From the NCBI RefSeq assembly GCF_021869535.1, contig NW_026262581.1, forward strand, positions 54,746,001 through 54,810,000: a stretch of DNA of 64,000 nt, written 5' to 3'. Numbering within the stretch: the stretch's first letter is position 1; each line of letters starts with the position of its first letter. Made by a program: the position numbers and the translations under genes. Below, piece by piece: positions 51,401 through 62,969 of the stretch. Under the pieces are notes generated by a model. It did no database searches. It was not told the origin of the DNA and saw only the letters and a program-made list of their open reading frames with translations. The stretch comes from Mytilus californianus. Taxonomy: Eukaryota.

Positions 51401-51989
51401 TAGCTGGAAGAACAATGTGTAGATCATAACGTTTTCCGTTATAGCTTTCCCATTTTCTATACAAGATTCCATTGACCAGTATTAAAGAATTAAACTTGAA
51501 CAATAAAATTTAACTTCAGGACTCATATGGGATACATCTGCCCATGTAGGTTTAGCTTCATCTATTTTCCACTGTATAATTATACTGATTATATCATAAG
51601 ATAACTGAGATGTTGAAACATTTTCAGAATATATCTCTTTAGTTGGAGTGTCTTTATCAAAATTCTCATTCTGTTTATTATATAGACTGCAACCATAATT
51701 TTTTGATCTGGTACAAACTCTTTCTATTTTAGAATGTTCAGGGAGTACATCAGGGTTTTTCTTTGGACCCTCTCTATTAAATTTATTATGAATGTCGTGA
51801 CTTTTAGATTTGTGGCACGATTCATCACTTGTCATGTTTGTTCTCATGATTTCATTTGAACAGCTTATACTAGGTTTTACACTTGACTGCTGATCAGCAC
51901 TGACATCTTGAACAATTTTGCAAGATTCACGTACAGTGACATTAGAATTTTCAACCTTAGAATTGTCAGATTCTTTATGAGTTGGACAA

Positions 51990-53260
51990 AGTTCATAATT
52001 CATTTCTGCTCTAGCACAATGAGGGCATTCTTTATTATAGCAAGGACGTCTACTTAGGGCGTCTGCATTATTATGGGACCTTCCAGCACGGTGCTCAATT
52101 TTAAAATCATAGGATGATAGGACCTCAAACCAACGAGCTAACTCGCCTTCCGGATTCTTGAAATTAAACAACCAACTTAATACACCATGGTCACTTCTAA
52201 CTTTGAAGTATTCACCATATAAATAATGATGAAAATGTTTAATAGAGGTCACTACTGATAGTAGCTCTCTTCTAGTAACACAATATTTTCTCTCAGATCT
52301 ACTGAAAGTTTTACTAAACTAACAAATCTTGGAGTTGGGATAGCACTGCTCCCATACCAACATTACTTGCGTCGGTATCTAATATAAATAAATCCTCCCT
52401 TGTGGGTAGGCCAAAATAGGTGTTCTAATTAAGGTATTCTTTAATTCCTCAAAGGATGGTTGACAATCGTCTGTCCTGACAAATTTCTGGTTTTTCTCAG
52501 TAGCCTTATAAAAAAAATCTATAATAGGATGTTAATCCTAGAAAACTTCTTACATCTTTGATACTCTTGACCACTGGCCAGTCCTTAACTGACTGAATTT
52601 TATTTGAGTAAGTAGCTACTCCACTTTCACTAATGACCTAAAAATATAACTTCTGTCTTTAAAAAGTTACATTTCTTGGGATTCAGCTTTAAATTGGCTG
52701 CTTTTAATCTTTGAAAAACTTCTTTTAAGTTTTTCATATGCACCTCAAATTATTTTTGAGAAAATAACAATATCTACGTAAACTAGACAGATTTTCCAGG
52801 TCAAATCTGATGAAACTGTTGCCATTAATCTTTTAAATACAGGGGCACTATTACATAGATCCGTTGGCATTCTTTTGAACTGCCATAGACAACCTCCAGG
52901 AAAGGAAAAGCTGTTTTTCGTTTATCTTCTTTGGCTACTGGGATCTGACTATATCCTGACTTTAAATCGACAGTTGAGAAGAACTTGGAGCCTGACAATG
53001 AACCTATAGTGTCATCTATACGAGGTAATGGGTAAGATGGTCGTAAAACCAGGAAATTTACGGAGAGAAAATCAATACAGAATCGCCAACTGTCGTCTGA
53101 CTTCTTCACGATAACAATATTGGAGTTCCAGGGACTTGTTGATGATTCTATAATATCTTGCTTAACCATCTTCTGAATCTCAGCTTCATCATTTTTTATT
53201 CTAGCTAGGGGTATTCGTCTGGGTCGCTGACGTACTGGAAGGTGATTTCCAGTATTTATG
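51990..53260 (-). pseudogene. pol: Gypsy RT and RNase H
   Basis: Reads SPWNSNIVIVKKSDDSWRFCIDF, YPLPRIDD, FSTVDLKSGY, CLVYVD-IVIFS (one Asp deleted), ERKYCVTRRELL, SDHGVLSWL, LARW and NADALSR. Confidence 0.92.
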
Positions 53261-53647
53261 GAAAAGATTATTTTATACTTGCAGTATTAGTATAGTACTA
53301 GTAGTGGTTACATCTAATATTGATAAAGTGTCTGTAGGTATTGATGAAGAGTCTGTAAATTCATGAATACTGGTTGTGGTGAGATCTAATGTTGATGGGG
53401 TGTCTGTATGTTTTTGAGGGCAAATGGTTGTGGTAATTGAAGAAATTATAGGTTGGATGATGTCTTGTGTGATGGTTCCATATCAATTGCGAAGGTGTCT
53501 GGAGAATCAACGGGTAAAAGATACTTAGCGAAAAGTTCATCGGATGGTATTATAGCTTCAGTTGGTGAGTCATTCAAAGATTGTTATTGGTGATGGTGTA
53601 CGAGGTTCCACACCCAACAGGTCTATAAATTCAGGCCTGTTAGCATT

Positions 53648-54245
53648 TAAAAAATGGAAACAACACGTTATATAAATTTCATGCGTCCGAAGCGCTTTTC
53701 TTAATTTACCTTAATAAGGAACGCTCAAAGCCAAATATTTGCAAGCCAAGGATTTATTAGAACCGAAACAATTGAAAAGTAATATATATGACCAAAAATA
53801 ACCTAATAAAATAGCCAAATCCATTAAAGGCCAACTTTGCCGGAGAGAGTTGAAACCTTAGTTTCTTTATAATTTCAAAACTTATAAACGGACAATTTTA
53901 GAAAGGATTGTTATAAATCATATCAGTACCGAAGTACTGACTACTGAGCTGATGATACCTTCGGGGACTGATAGTCCACCAGCAGAGGTATCGACCCAGT
54001 GATGTAAAAAATGAAAACAACACGTCATATAAATTTTATGCGTCCGAAGCGCTTTTCTGGATTTATCTTCATCAGGAACACTCAAAGCCAAATATTTGAA
54101 AGGCAAGGATTTATAAGAAACGAAACAATTGAAGAGCTATATATATGACCAAAAATAACCTAATGAAATAGCCAAATCCATCTAAGGCCATTTTTGCCTG
54201 AGGGAGTTGAAACCTTAGTTTCTTTATAATCTTAAAAGTTATGTC
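53648..54245 (+). repeat. Tandem pair (~358-bp period) of an abundant interspersed repeat
   Basis: aaaaaatg.aaacaacacgt.atataaattt.atgcgtccgaagcgctttt... at ~53648 and ~54006. A related fragment lies at ~35625. Confidence 0.8.
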
Positions 54246-55207
54246 AACAATAAATTGAGCAGGTACTCAAAATAAATAATCTTGCATACATACAAACATC
54301 TCTGACATCCTAACCCCTCAACTGTTACACTAGCCCTACCCAGGGAGAAGCGTTCGTCTCGAACTAATATTAAGTAAAATATCTACCAAACAAAAAGCCT
54401 ACCTAACCTGTATTCAAACATCATCACTGGTCCAAATGTCTAAAAGTTCGTGCATATTTCCATCTGGGCGGTCGCAATGTTCTTTGTATAATAACGGTTT
54501 CGTCCCTTAAACCGAGTTGATATAATTATTGAGAATAAGAGGCTTTACCGAACATAATTTGCATGGATCCTTTGAGTTGGTATAAGGTTGAAATAAAAAC
54601 AAAATCAGGTATACATTTCATATGTCATCAGTAAAATCAAATATTAACAATTCATTGATAAACTATATATTGATATCTATATACAACATGCAATTAACAT
54701 TCGATGAATAGGTACTTAAAATTGAACAACAAATAAGAGAAGGTTGACTGTTTCCGAAAGGTTGATTCGGTAGAAGGTTGAAAGTTCCGTTACCGAAGTC
54801 TTAAAATATAAAAGTTGCTTTCATAAAATAATCATTTATTTTATTTATTCCTGCCAAAACGAAAGTAGGTTACCAGGAAACCTCTCTCATAATATTTTAA
54901 CAATAAAAGGTACACCAAGTGGAACGAAATTTGGCTGGGAAGGTAAAAGGATGACTCATGCAAAACAAATAGCCATGTGAAAACGTTAGAAGGCTTAGTT
55001 TTTCTTAAAACATAAAAACTGCATACCGGACATGAAGCAGATTTTGGTTCAGACAAAACAGCTGAACTAAAGTTGAAATTAAAATTACTGCAATAAATTA
55101 CTCACAAATGTTTGTTCTAAGCACGAGATACATAAATCGTAAGACCCCCCACCCCCACCCCCAATGTTCATCACAAGATCGTGAAATTGTCCTTATAAAG
55201 TCCACCC

Positions 55208-56185
55208 TCAAATGGTCATTCTTAAATCAAAGTAAGCTGTCGGGAGATCCAAAATCTTCTGTACAGCCAGTTCTAGGTGCCTTAACTCGAAAAAATTACA
55301 CTCAACTTGTAATTCACGTTGAATACGGATATCTCTGGGGAGCATGTCGGATTGTATATGTTCTTGTTGTCATAAATAGTTGAGGATGATGGGGAAAATG
55401 TTTAGAACCTCTTGCCAAAAAATAAGTATCCATCAAATAAGTATGGTTTCACTGGTGAATTAACTTCGATCAATGCAGATAAATATGAATCGGGATAAGA
55501 TTGTAGAATCTTTGAACAGACGTTTCAAAATATTGCGCCTCCAATATTTATAATTAACCGGGATTGCTGGCTTTTTGTATTTGTTCTAACTTAAGCTTTT
55601 TTACTGGAGTGGGGATATAGGTGACGGCAGATTGACTCAATTCTTTTGGTGAGGTAGGATGATGTATTAGGGAATAGGTAAGGCATGGTTCTGTTACTAT
55701 TGAAGGTGGTATATAAATAGATGTATTCCAGATCGCATAGTGACACACCCTCTATACTTTCAACAAATAAAGTCTCCAAATCTTTGTTAGAATTTCTTTC
55801 TGTTGACTCCCCTTTTCCTTTTCCTCTTTCTAGTATATGCTTTCTCTTTCTTATCCTGTACCGTCCTGTTCTGTTATCTGCTTTTAATACCATCCTATTA
55901 GGTGGATAAAGAGCTTCTAGAACAGCCGTAGGCATTGCTGACGTCTTATTTCTCTTTCTTATATGAGTTCCTTTTATTATTTTTCTGTCGTTCTAATAGT
56001 TATACCTTCTCTACTATAATCTTCCCATCCCTATCGTCCTGAAATGTCATGTACTGTATCTCCTCTTCGTGAGTGAAGGTCATAGTCGACTCGCTATCCT
56101 AGGTCTGCCCTTACAATTATTGTGATCTTGTTGGCTACTCGCTACTACCTTGCATTCTTCACTCCAATAGCAAATCCACTATTTG
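55208..56185 (-). pseudogene. Second copy of the BTB/POZ accessory ORF
   Basis: Reads SRLIINIGGAIF..ILQSYPDSYLSALIEVNSPVKPYLFDG..YFLARGSKHFPIILNYL*..SDMLPRDIRIQRELQVECNFFELRHLELAVQKILDL. The N-terminal part is homologous to 49430-49130. Confidence 0.85.
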
Positions 56186-56194
56186 TAAAGAATT

Positions 56195-57000
56195 GACAAT
56201 CGTCTTCTCAGTAACCTTTTACAAAGGTTTAGCTTTATAAGCAAAATTTATTACACATTTTCTATAGTGGGATGTTAATCCTAAGAAGTCTCACATTTTT
56301 GACACTCTTGGGCACTGGCAAGTCTGATCGTATTTTATTTCGGTCAGTAGCTACTCGACTTTCGCTAACAATGTGACCTTAAATGTAGCTTCTGTCTTTA
56401 AAAAGTTACAATTTTTTTATTCATCTTTAAATTAGCTGCATGTAATCTATAAAATTTTGTTCATATGCTCCTCAAATGATTTTGAGAATATAGATTAATT
56501 TCATCTAGGTAAACTAGACAACTTTTGCAGGTCAAACCTGATAAAACTAGTTCAATTAATCTTTCAAATACAGGGGCACTATTACAAAGACTCATTGGCA
56601 ATCTTTTGAACTGCCATAGACCACCTCCTAATAAGAAAAAGGCTAATTTTGTCTTTCCTTTTTTTGGCTATTGGAATCTGATAATATCACGACTTTAAAT
56701 TGACGGTGGTAAAGTATTTGGAGCCTGACAAAGAATCTATAGTGTCGTCTTTTCGAGGTAATTGGGATGAGGGGCGTAAACCTGCAAGTTTACCGGGCGA
56801 AATTTTTACAAATTCGGCAACTGTTGTCTGACTCCTTTACGAGAACAGTATTTGAATTCCAGGGACTTGAGGGTTCTTTGATATCATACTTTGCCATCTT
56901 CTGAATTTCAGCTTCATCTTTTATTCTAGCTAGGAAAATTTGTCTGGGTCGCTTACGTACTGGATGGTGATTTCCAGTATTTATTGTATGTTCCATTAAA
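56195..57000 (-). pseudogene. pol: Gypsy copy 2 RT remnant
   Basis: Reads HTINTGNHHPVRKRPRQI, SPWNSNTVLVK and CLVYLDE. Collinear with 52460-53255. Confidence 0.85.
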
Positions 57001-57577
57001 TCTGTTACACCAATGTCCTCAGAGGACTGTTAAAATATACTACATTGTCTTTATTTTTTCTTCTTTGATCCTCATCAAGATTAAGTTGACTAGATTCTTA
57101 AGCTTCCTGTAAATAATCAGGTAATTGTCTCCCTTTAATTATTGAAGCTTGACAATGACAAACTCAGAAGGTTGAATATCATCTTTCACTTTATTGCATG
57201 TAGCAATAAGTGTACCCTTTTAGAAAGTGCAGGGCGCATTATTTACATTTTTTATTTCTAAAAGGGATATTTTACATCTCTGGGTGGCACCAATGAACAA
57301 TTTGTGTCCATAAACTTTTAATTGTATTCTATTAATCCAATTAAACCTCTAAAAATAGGTTCATTTGACTGTCCCGAAACAATTATTTCTGAATAAGGAG
57401 GCACATTTACTGTCTCTTGTATAGCAACTATATAACAAGATTTAGCCCTACTTGCATAATGAAACCATTGAATTATATCCCCTTTAATTTTCGACTTCTT
57501 TGACTTAATAAGACATGACCGTCCTGAGTCACACGACAATTACCTGTGATTCTTTCAAAATGTCTGTCCCTATCCAA

Positions 57578-57742
57578 TATACCCTCATTTTCAAGCAGCA
57601 TTCCAAATTTCCCCGACCTTCATTCCGGACGGCCTCGGTTACAGGACCTACCTATTATATTTATTGTTAATTTGCTCTCGTCCTGAACATGCATGCAATA
57701 TTTGCCACTGGAAGATAAGCAACCAACAATCAATCAATCAAT
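57578..57742 (+). mobile_element. SINE-like 3' fragment inserted between gag and the protease/linker region
   Basis: Ends atatttgccactggaagataagcaaccaacaatcaatcaatcaatc. Confidence 0.8.
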
Positions 57743-57842
57743 CTTAATTGACTGAGCCAACTCCGGTTAACTTTCTACTTTCCCTTTGATACGGGTCTGG
57801 TATTTTGCCTGAAATAGTTCTGCTTTTTTCAGGAGAACATAT

Positions 57843-58060
57843 CTATTGATCAAAACTTACTAAACTTTCATAATCTTTCCTAGACTCTTTATCTAGTTCA
57901 TTTAACAGAGCTCTAGCTCCCCCTTTTAAGCTACAAGCCAAATCAAATGACTTGGTTGCATAATTCCAACCATTTATTTCAGCTAAAATTTCAAATTGAG
58001 CTAAATATGTACTGAAATCTTTATCGCCTTCACACAATTATGGTTTCATTGTAACATTGC
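57843..58060 (-). pseudogene. gag: Gypsy gag fragment
   Basis: Reads EGDKDFSTYLAQFEILAEINGWNYATKSFDLACSLKGGARALL, matching the Gypsy gag pattern DG..DW..Y..QFE..A..N.W....K...L...L.G.A. Confidence 0.75.
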
Positions 58061-58762
58061 CAGACTTGGGTGAATGGATATCGGAATTGGCCAATCTTGG
58101 AACCTGAGATCTATCCACTACGGCATAGTTTTGATTTATATTACATATTTTGTCTTTATCAAAAAAATATACATTATCCGTGTTCTGTTGTTGTTATGTT
58201 TGCACCAGGAACTGCTTGCCTAACTACTGATATCACTTTTGATATGTTTTCAGTGTTTACAATTTCACTCATGTAATCATTATAATTAACTAAATCATTA
58301 TTGTGTTCCATCATTTTGTAAGTGTTAGCGATAGTTTTCATCTTCAATTTTCATTATACCGCCCTTAATAAAGAAATTTCTTGTTCGAATCATGTCTTAT
58401 ATGTTTAATAGCGCAAATAACTTCTTTTTTGTAGTTTGAAAAATCATTAATTTTCTCCCTTGGTGGAATAAAGTTATTATGGTTTTTTTTAACACTGTTA
58501 AAAATATATCTTGTTCTTTATCATGGCTAATTATCTGCCTTGCAGAGTCAACACTATCAACCTTCTGATCATCATAAGGAATGGTTATTTCACAATCATT
58601 TTGCTCTAGGAAAGAATCATTAATAGCTATAATTACTTCTTCAGAATCATCCAAGATTGAATAAAACCTCTATTCCAAACATCTTCTTTGGGTTTATAAA
58701 CATTTTTAAAAGCCTAATATCAATAAAATTTACCAAAGCTTCCCCAGTAAAATTGTACAGAT

Positions 58763-59343
58763 AAAGGACAATGTACGATAAGGCCTGTTTTTAGCCCCCC
58801 TATTTTCTCATTTTTCAAATTCTGTTTTGGAAAGTTACTTATTATGTTAAAATATTCCCTGAGGTTTGAAGTTTGTTTGGATGAACTTCAAAACCACTAA
58901 TTTTAGCAACTGGGTGAGGTGAGGGGGGTAAACATTCTGTAATCATTCAAATATTGTAATTATTATTCACTTTGCAGGTGTTCCGTACAACTAATTTTTA
59001 GTTTTTAAGTGCCTGCGCCAACGTGACCCAAGAATTTTTTTATTCCAAGGTCATGAGAATTGTTTTTGGTGTCTAAATCGCCATAATTTTCTCCGGGTCA
59101 CGTAGGCGCACGCTATTAAATGTTAAGAAACAAAGGCCAAAAATCGTACTTTTTCCTTCTTTTGGCGTTTTTAATGCCCTTTTACCTCCCTGACTTCACC
59201 CATTTTCTGAAATTAATGGTTTTGAAGTTCATCCAAACAAACTTCAAACCTGAGGGAATATTTTAAAGTAGCTTTCCAAAACAAAATTTAGAAAAAGAGA
59301 AAATAGGGGGGCCAAAAACGGGCCTTATCGTACCTTGTCCTTT
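58763..59343. mobile_element. MITE/foldback element with ~170-bp TIRs in the Gypsy leader
   Basis: Left aaaggacaatgtacgataaggcc...gaggtttgaagtttgtttggatgaacttcaaaacca mirrors the right end ...ggccttatcgtaccttgtccttt. A second inner inverted pair is acgtgaccc/gggtcacgt. Confidence 0.85.
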
Positions 59344-59372
59344 CAACCACCACATTCAAAGTTTATAAGAAA

Positions 59373-59388
59373 CCCACTTCTGACACCA
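59373..59388 (-). promoter_or_regulatory. Primer-binding site complementary to the tRNA-Leu 3' end
   Basis: Minus strand reads TGGTGTCAGAAGTGGG one nt after the LTR end (...CGTTACA). The plus strand cccacttctgacacca equals the recalled 3' end of metazoan tRNA-Leu including CCA. Confidence 0.8.
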
Positions 59389-59607
59389 GTGTAACGGTTT
59401 CGCCCCTTTTACAAAGTTGATATAATTTATTGAGAATAAGAGGCTTTACCGAAAATAATTTGCATGTATCCTTTGAGTTGGTATAAGGTTGATGACATAA
59501 AAACTAAGTCAGGTATAAATTTCAAATGTACTTTATGTAGCATCTATAAAATCTAATATTTACAATCCATACGTACTTTTTGTAGCATCTTTACAATCCA
59601 TTATACC

Positions 59608-60040
59608 CAACGCAACAAACTTGCGAACGGTATAATGTTTTTGACCCGTCTGTCAGTCCTGTTCTTGTCATCGCAATTCCTCTGAAACTACAAAAGAGAA
59701 TTTCATAACACTTTGTAGATAATAAGGGCAAACTATGTATGTGCATATCAACAGGAAATTATGATACATTTTTTTTTTTTTGAGTTGTGTCCTTTTGAAA
59801 TTTATCCTAGATATACTACTGCAATAATTTGTCATCGAAACTCCTATGAAACCATACAATAGAATTCATGATACTTTGTGAATAATAAGGGCATACCATG
59901 TTGATGTGCATATCGACAGGAAATTATGATTCAATTATTTTCTAGAAGTTATGCCGCTTTGAGCTTAAAATTTTTGCCTAATTATACTACTGCAAATGTT
60001 TGTAATCGCAAATCCCCTGAAACCAAGAGCACACAACTGA
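59608..60040 (+). mobile_element. Truncated HINE inserted into the Gypsy 5' LTR
   Basis: tataccc..cgca-aaac-tgcg..ggtataa head, gtctgtcagtc microsatellite, and ~170-bp units as at 37207. LTR homology resumes at ~60045. Confidence 0.7.
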
Positions 60041-60534
60041 ACAATAGACTAAGTGGGACGAAAGTTGACTGGGCATTCCCCGAAGGTAGAAGGTTGACTC
60101 ATGCTAAAACCAAATAGCCATGTGAAAGCCTTAGATGGTTAAGTTTTTCTTAAAACATATAAAACCTGCGTACCAGACAGTAGATTTTGGTTCAGACACC
60201 TCATCGAAGGTTGACTATTTTTTTCGATCTCAGGGATTGTTTTATCTGCTCTTGCAGACGTGAGAATAAATCTAAAGATGTTTTGTAAACATTGCACAAG
60301 TCATGTCTTCTTTGACTGTCCATGACGTTAAAATACTAAATCCCTGGGATGTGTTTTAGTTGATTTTAGTCTCTGATGCATGATTTTTTATTATTAATTG
60401 TTTTTGGCTTTTAACTAGCTGCCAGTAACTGCTAGTACTCTCAAATCGTACTTTCTTGTTTATTTGACCTGTTGATACTAATTGTAATGCTTTTTTGTTA
60501 TTTAATGTTATTCAGGGTTATATCTGGTCTATAT

Positions 60535-61590
60535 ATAGATATAAGAAGATGTGGTATGAGTGCCAATGAGACAACTCTCCATCCAAGTAAAAATTTATAA
60601 AAGTAAACCATTATAGGTCACAGTACGGTCTTCAACACGGAGCCTTGGCTCACACCGAACCGTAAGCTATAAAGGGCCCTAAAAAATTACTAGTGTAAAA
60701 CCATTCAAACGGGAAAACCAACGGTCTAATCTATATAAAAAACGAGAAACGAGAAACTCTTATGAACCACATCAACAAACGACAACTACTGAACATCATA
60801 TTCCTGACTTAGGACAGGTGCAGGGTTTAAACGTTTTAATGGTATATACCAGCTTTGATAAGTGTTTGGAATTACTATACATTTTCACTTCTTCGTACTA
60901 TGAACATCAAAATTATTTATTTTGTAAATATATTTCCTTTCTCTTTTTGAACTGTACACGTATACCTAACAACAAAATTATTTTCATTTACCTGTGTTTA
61001 AAGTAATTGCAAATGGTTGATATTTTTGTTCAAGCATATTGTTTTTCTTACAATGTTTAACATTTCACAGCGGTATAACATGTTACTTTTATTATTCTTC
61101 CCTTAATTTATTTATTTTGTATTAACATTGTTTCATAGATCAAATTTATTTGTTCACTGGTGTTAATATGTCTTTTGATTGAGTTAAGCCATTTCAATTG
61201 ATATTTTATAGTGTGTCTTTCTATGTTGTGATGTTACACAATTGTTTCAGATAAGGGTAAAGGTTTGGTACCATTAAAACGTTTAAAGCCGCTGCAATTG
61301 TTTACACCTGTGCTAAGTCAGGAATCTGATGTTCAGTAGTTGTCGTTATTTGATGCGGTTCATAAGTGTTATTCGTTTTTCGTTTTTTATATAGATTAGA
61401 CCGTTGGTTTTCCCGTTTGAATGGTTTCACACTAGTAATTTTTTGGGGCCCTTTATAGCTTGCTGTTCGGTGTGAGCCAACGCTCCGTTTTGAAGACCTT
61501 ACTTTGACCTATAATGGTTTACTTTTATAAATTTTGACTTGGATGGAGAGTTGTCTCATTGGCACTCATACCACATCTCCTTATATCTAC
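60535..61590. repeat. Inverted pair of ~290-bp interspersed repeat copies
   Basis: 60535-60825 (plus) is the reverse complement of 61295-61590, with scattered mismatches and a ~470-bp spacer. Confidence 0.85.
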
Positions 61591-61599
61591 TTATTTTGC

Positions 61600-62590
61600 T
61601 GAACATTTTTGCTGTTTACAGTTTTTTTTCATTAATAATATTCAAGATAATAACCAAAATCTGCAAAATTTCCTTAAAATTACCAATTAAGTGGCAGCAA
61701 TCCAACAATGGGTTTTTAAATTCATCTGAAAATTTCAGGGCTGACAGAGCTTGGCCTAATAAACATTTTGACATCCATCAGATTAGCTCTAAATGCTTTG
61801 GTTTTTGAGATATAAGCCAAAAATTGCATTTTACCCCTACGTTCTATTTTAGCTATGGCGGTCATGTTTTTTTACGAAACATAAAATAAAACACAAACTT
61901 TATTTTAGATACCCTTAGAATCATTCAGCTTAAGTTTGGTTGGAATTGGTTCAGTAGTTTCAGAGAAGGAGATTTTTTAATGTTAGAAATAAATAAAGGC
62001 AACAGTAGTATACCGCTGTTCGAAACTCATAAATCGATAGAGATAAAAACAAATCCGGGTTACAACATGAAACAATGTAAATACAAAATAGATAAACTAA
62101 GGGAAGAATAATAAAAGTAACATGTTATACCGCTATGAAATGTTAAACAATTTAAGAAAAACAATATGCTCGAACAAAAATATCAGCCATATGCAAAAAA
62201 GATCTACAAATAAGTTTGTATGACCAAAATTGTCAATTGTCCCCTTAAGGAGTTATTGCCCTTCAAAATCAATTTTTCACAATTTGTTTATTTTGTTTGC
62301 TTACTTTAAAAAATATTCTCCTCTGAAACTGCTGAATCAATTTCAGCCAAACTTGGGCTGAATGAGTTTCAGAGTATCTAGTATAAATTTTGTATTTTAT
62401 TTTCTTGTACGTCAAGAAACATAGCCACTATGGCTAAAATGAAACATAGGGGTAAAATGCATATTGAAGAAAATAGGAAGTTTTAAGCCATTGATTAATA
62501 TATATTGAAAAGCAAAAATAATCATTGATGAAAGATTTAAGCAAAAAATTACAGGTGAGCGATTCAGGCTCTTGAGAGCCTCTTGTTTAT
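61600..62590 (+). mobile_element. Fragmented HINE-like sequence with an intact 3' end
   Basis: 3' end caggtgagcgattc-aggctct-tg-agagcct-cttgttt (perfect 7-bp stem). Internal segments at 61810-61870 and 62420-62465 are inverse-related. Confidence 0.5.
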
Positions 62591-62676
62591 GAATGTTAAA
62601 ACATTATAACTAATAATACGTTTATGCTACAGTCAAAGAATAGAAAAGTTCTAATACACATCAGAGGATGTTATCA

Positions 62677-62969
62677 TTATACCCCCGCTTTAAAAAAGTG
62701 GGGGTATACTGTTTTACCTCTGTCTGTCCGTCCATCCATCCGTGAGTCCATCCGTCAGTTCGTCTATCCGTCCCATGAATATTTTTCGTCGCATCTTTCT
62801 CAGGAACTACATTACAAGGATTTCTGAAATTTGGTTTCAGGGTTTATATGAGTCAGCTATACCGTGTGATGCGTTTCCAGATTCATCACTTATCAACTTC
62901 CTGTTTGCCTTATACTTTTAGCGGGGCGGGAGTATCATTAGTGAGCAGTAGCTCACAGAATCACTTGTT
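62677..62969 (+). mobile_element. Short canonical DINE-1/HINE-type element
   Basis: 5' tatacccccgc-tttaaaaaa-gtgggggtata inverted pair, gtccgtccatcc microsatellite, 3' gcggggcgggagtat, hairpin gtgagc-agta-gctcac, and terminal cttgtt. Confidence 0.8.

Larger units (their letters stand above)
46884..53260 (-). mobile_element. Ty3/Gypsy LTR retrotransposon copy 1 (5'-truncated: RT-RH-INT-accessory ORF-3' LTR)
   Basis: Gypsy domain order RT > RNase H > integrase on the minus strand. The LTR begins tgtaacg at 46884 on the plus strand. Confidence 0.9.
54490..60198 (-). mobile_element. Ty3/Gypsy copy 2 with both LTRs and PBS; RH-INT deleted
   Basis: 5' LTR 59390-60198, PBS 59373-59388, gag 57843-58060, RT remnants 56195-57000, deletion junction at ~56192, accessory ORF, then 3' LTR ~54490-55055. 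Confidence 0.88.

Noticed and set aside
59373-59388. tRNA gene
   Set aside because: Only the 3'-terminal 16 nt including CCA match, directly abutting an LTR. It is a PBS.
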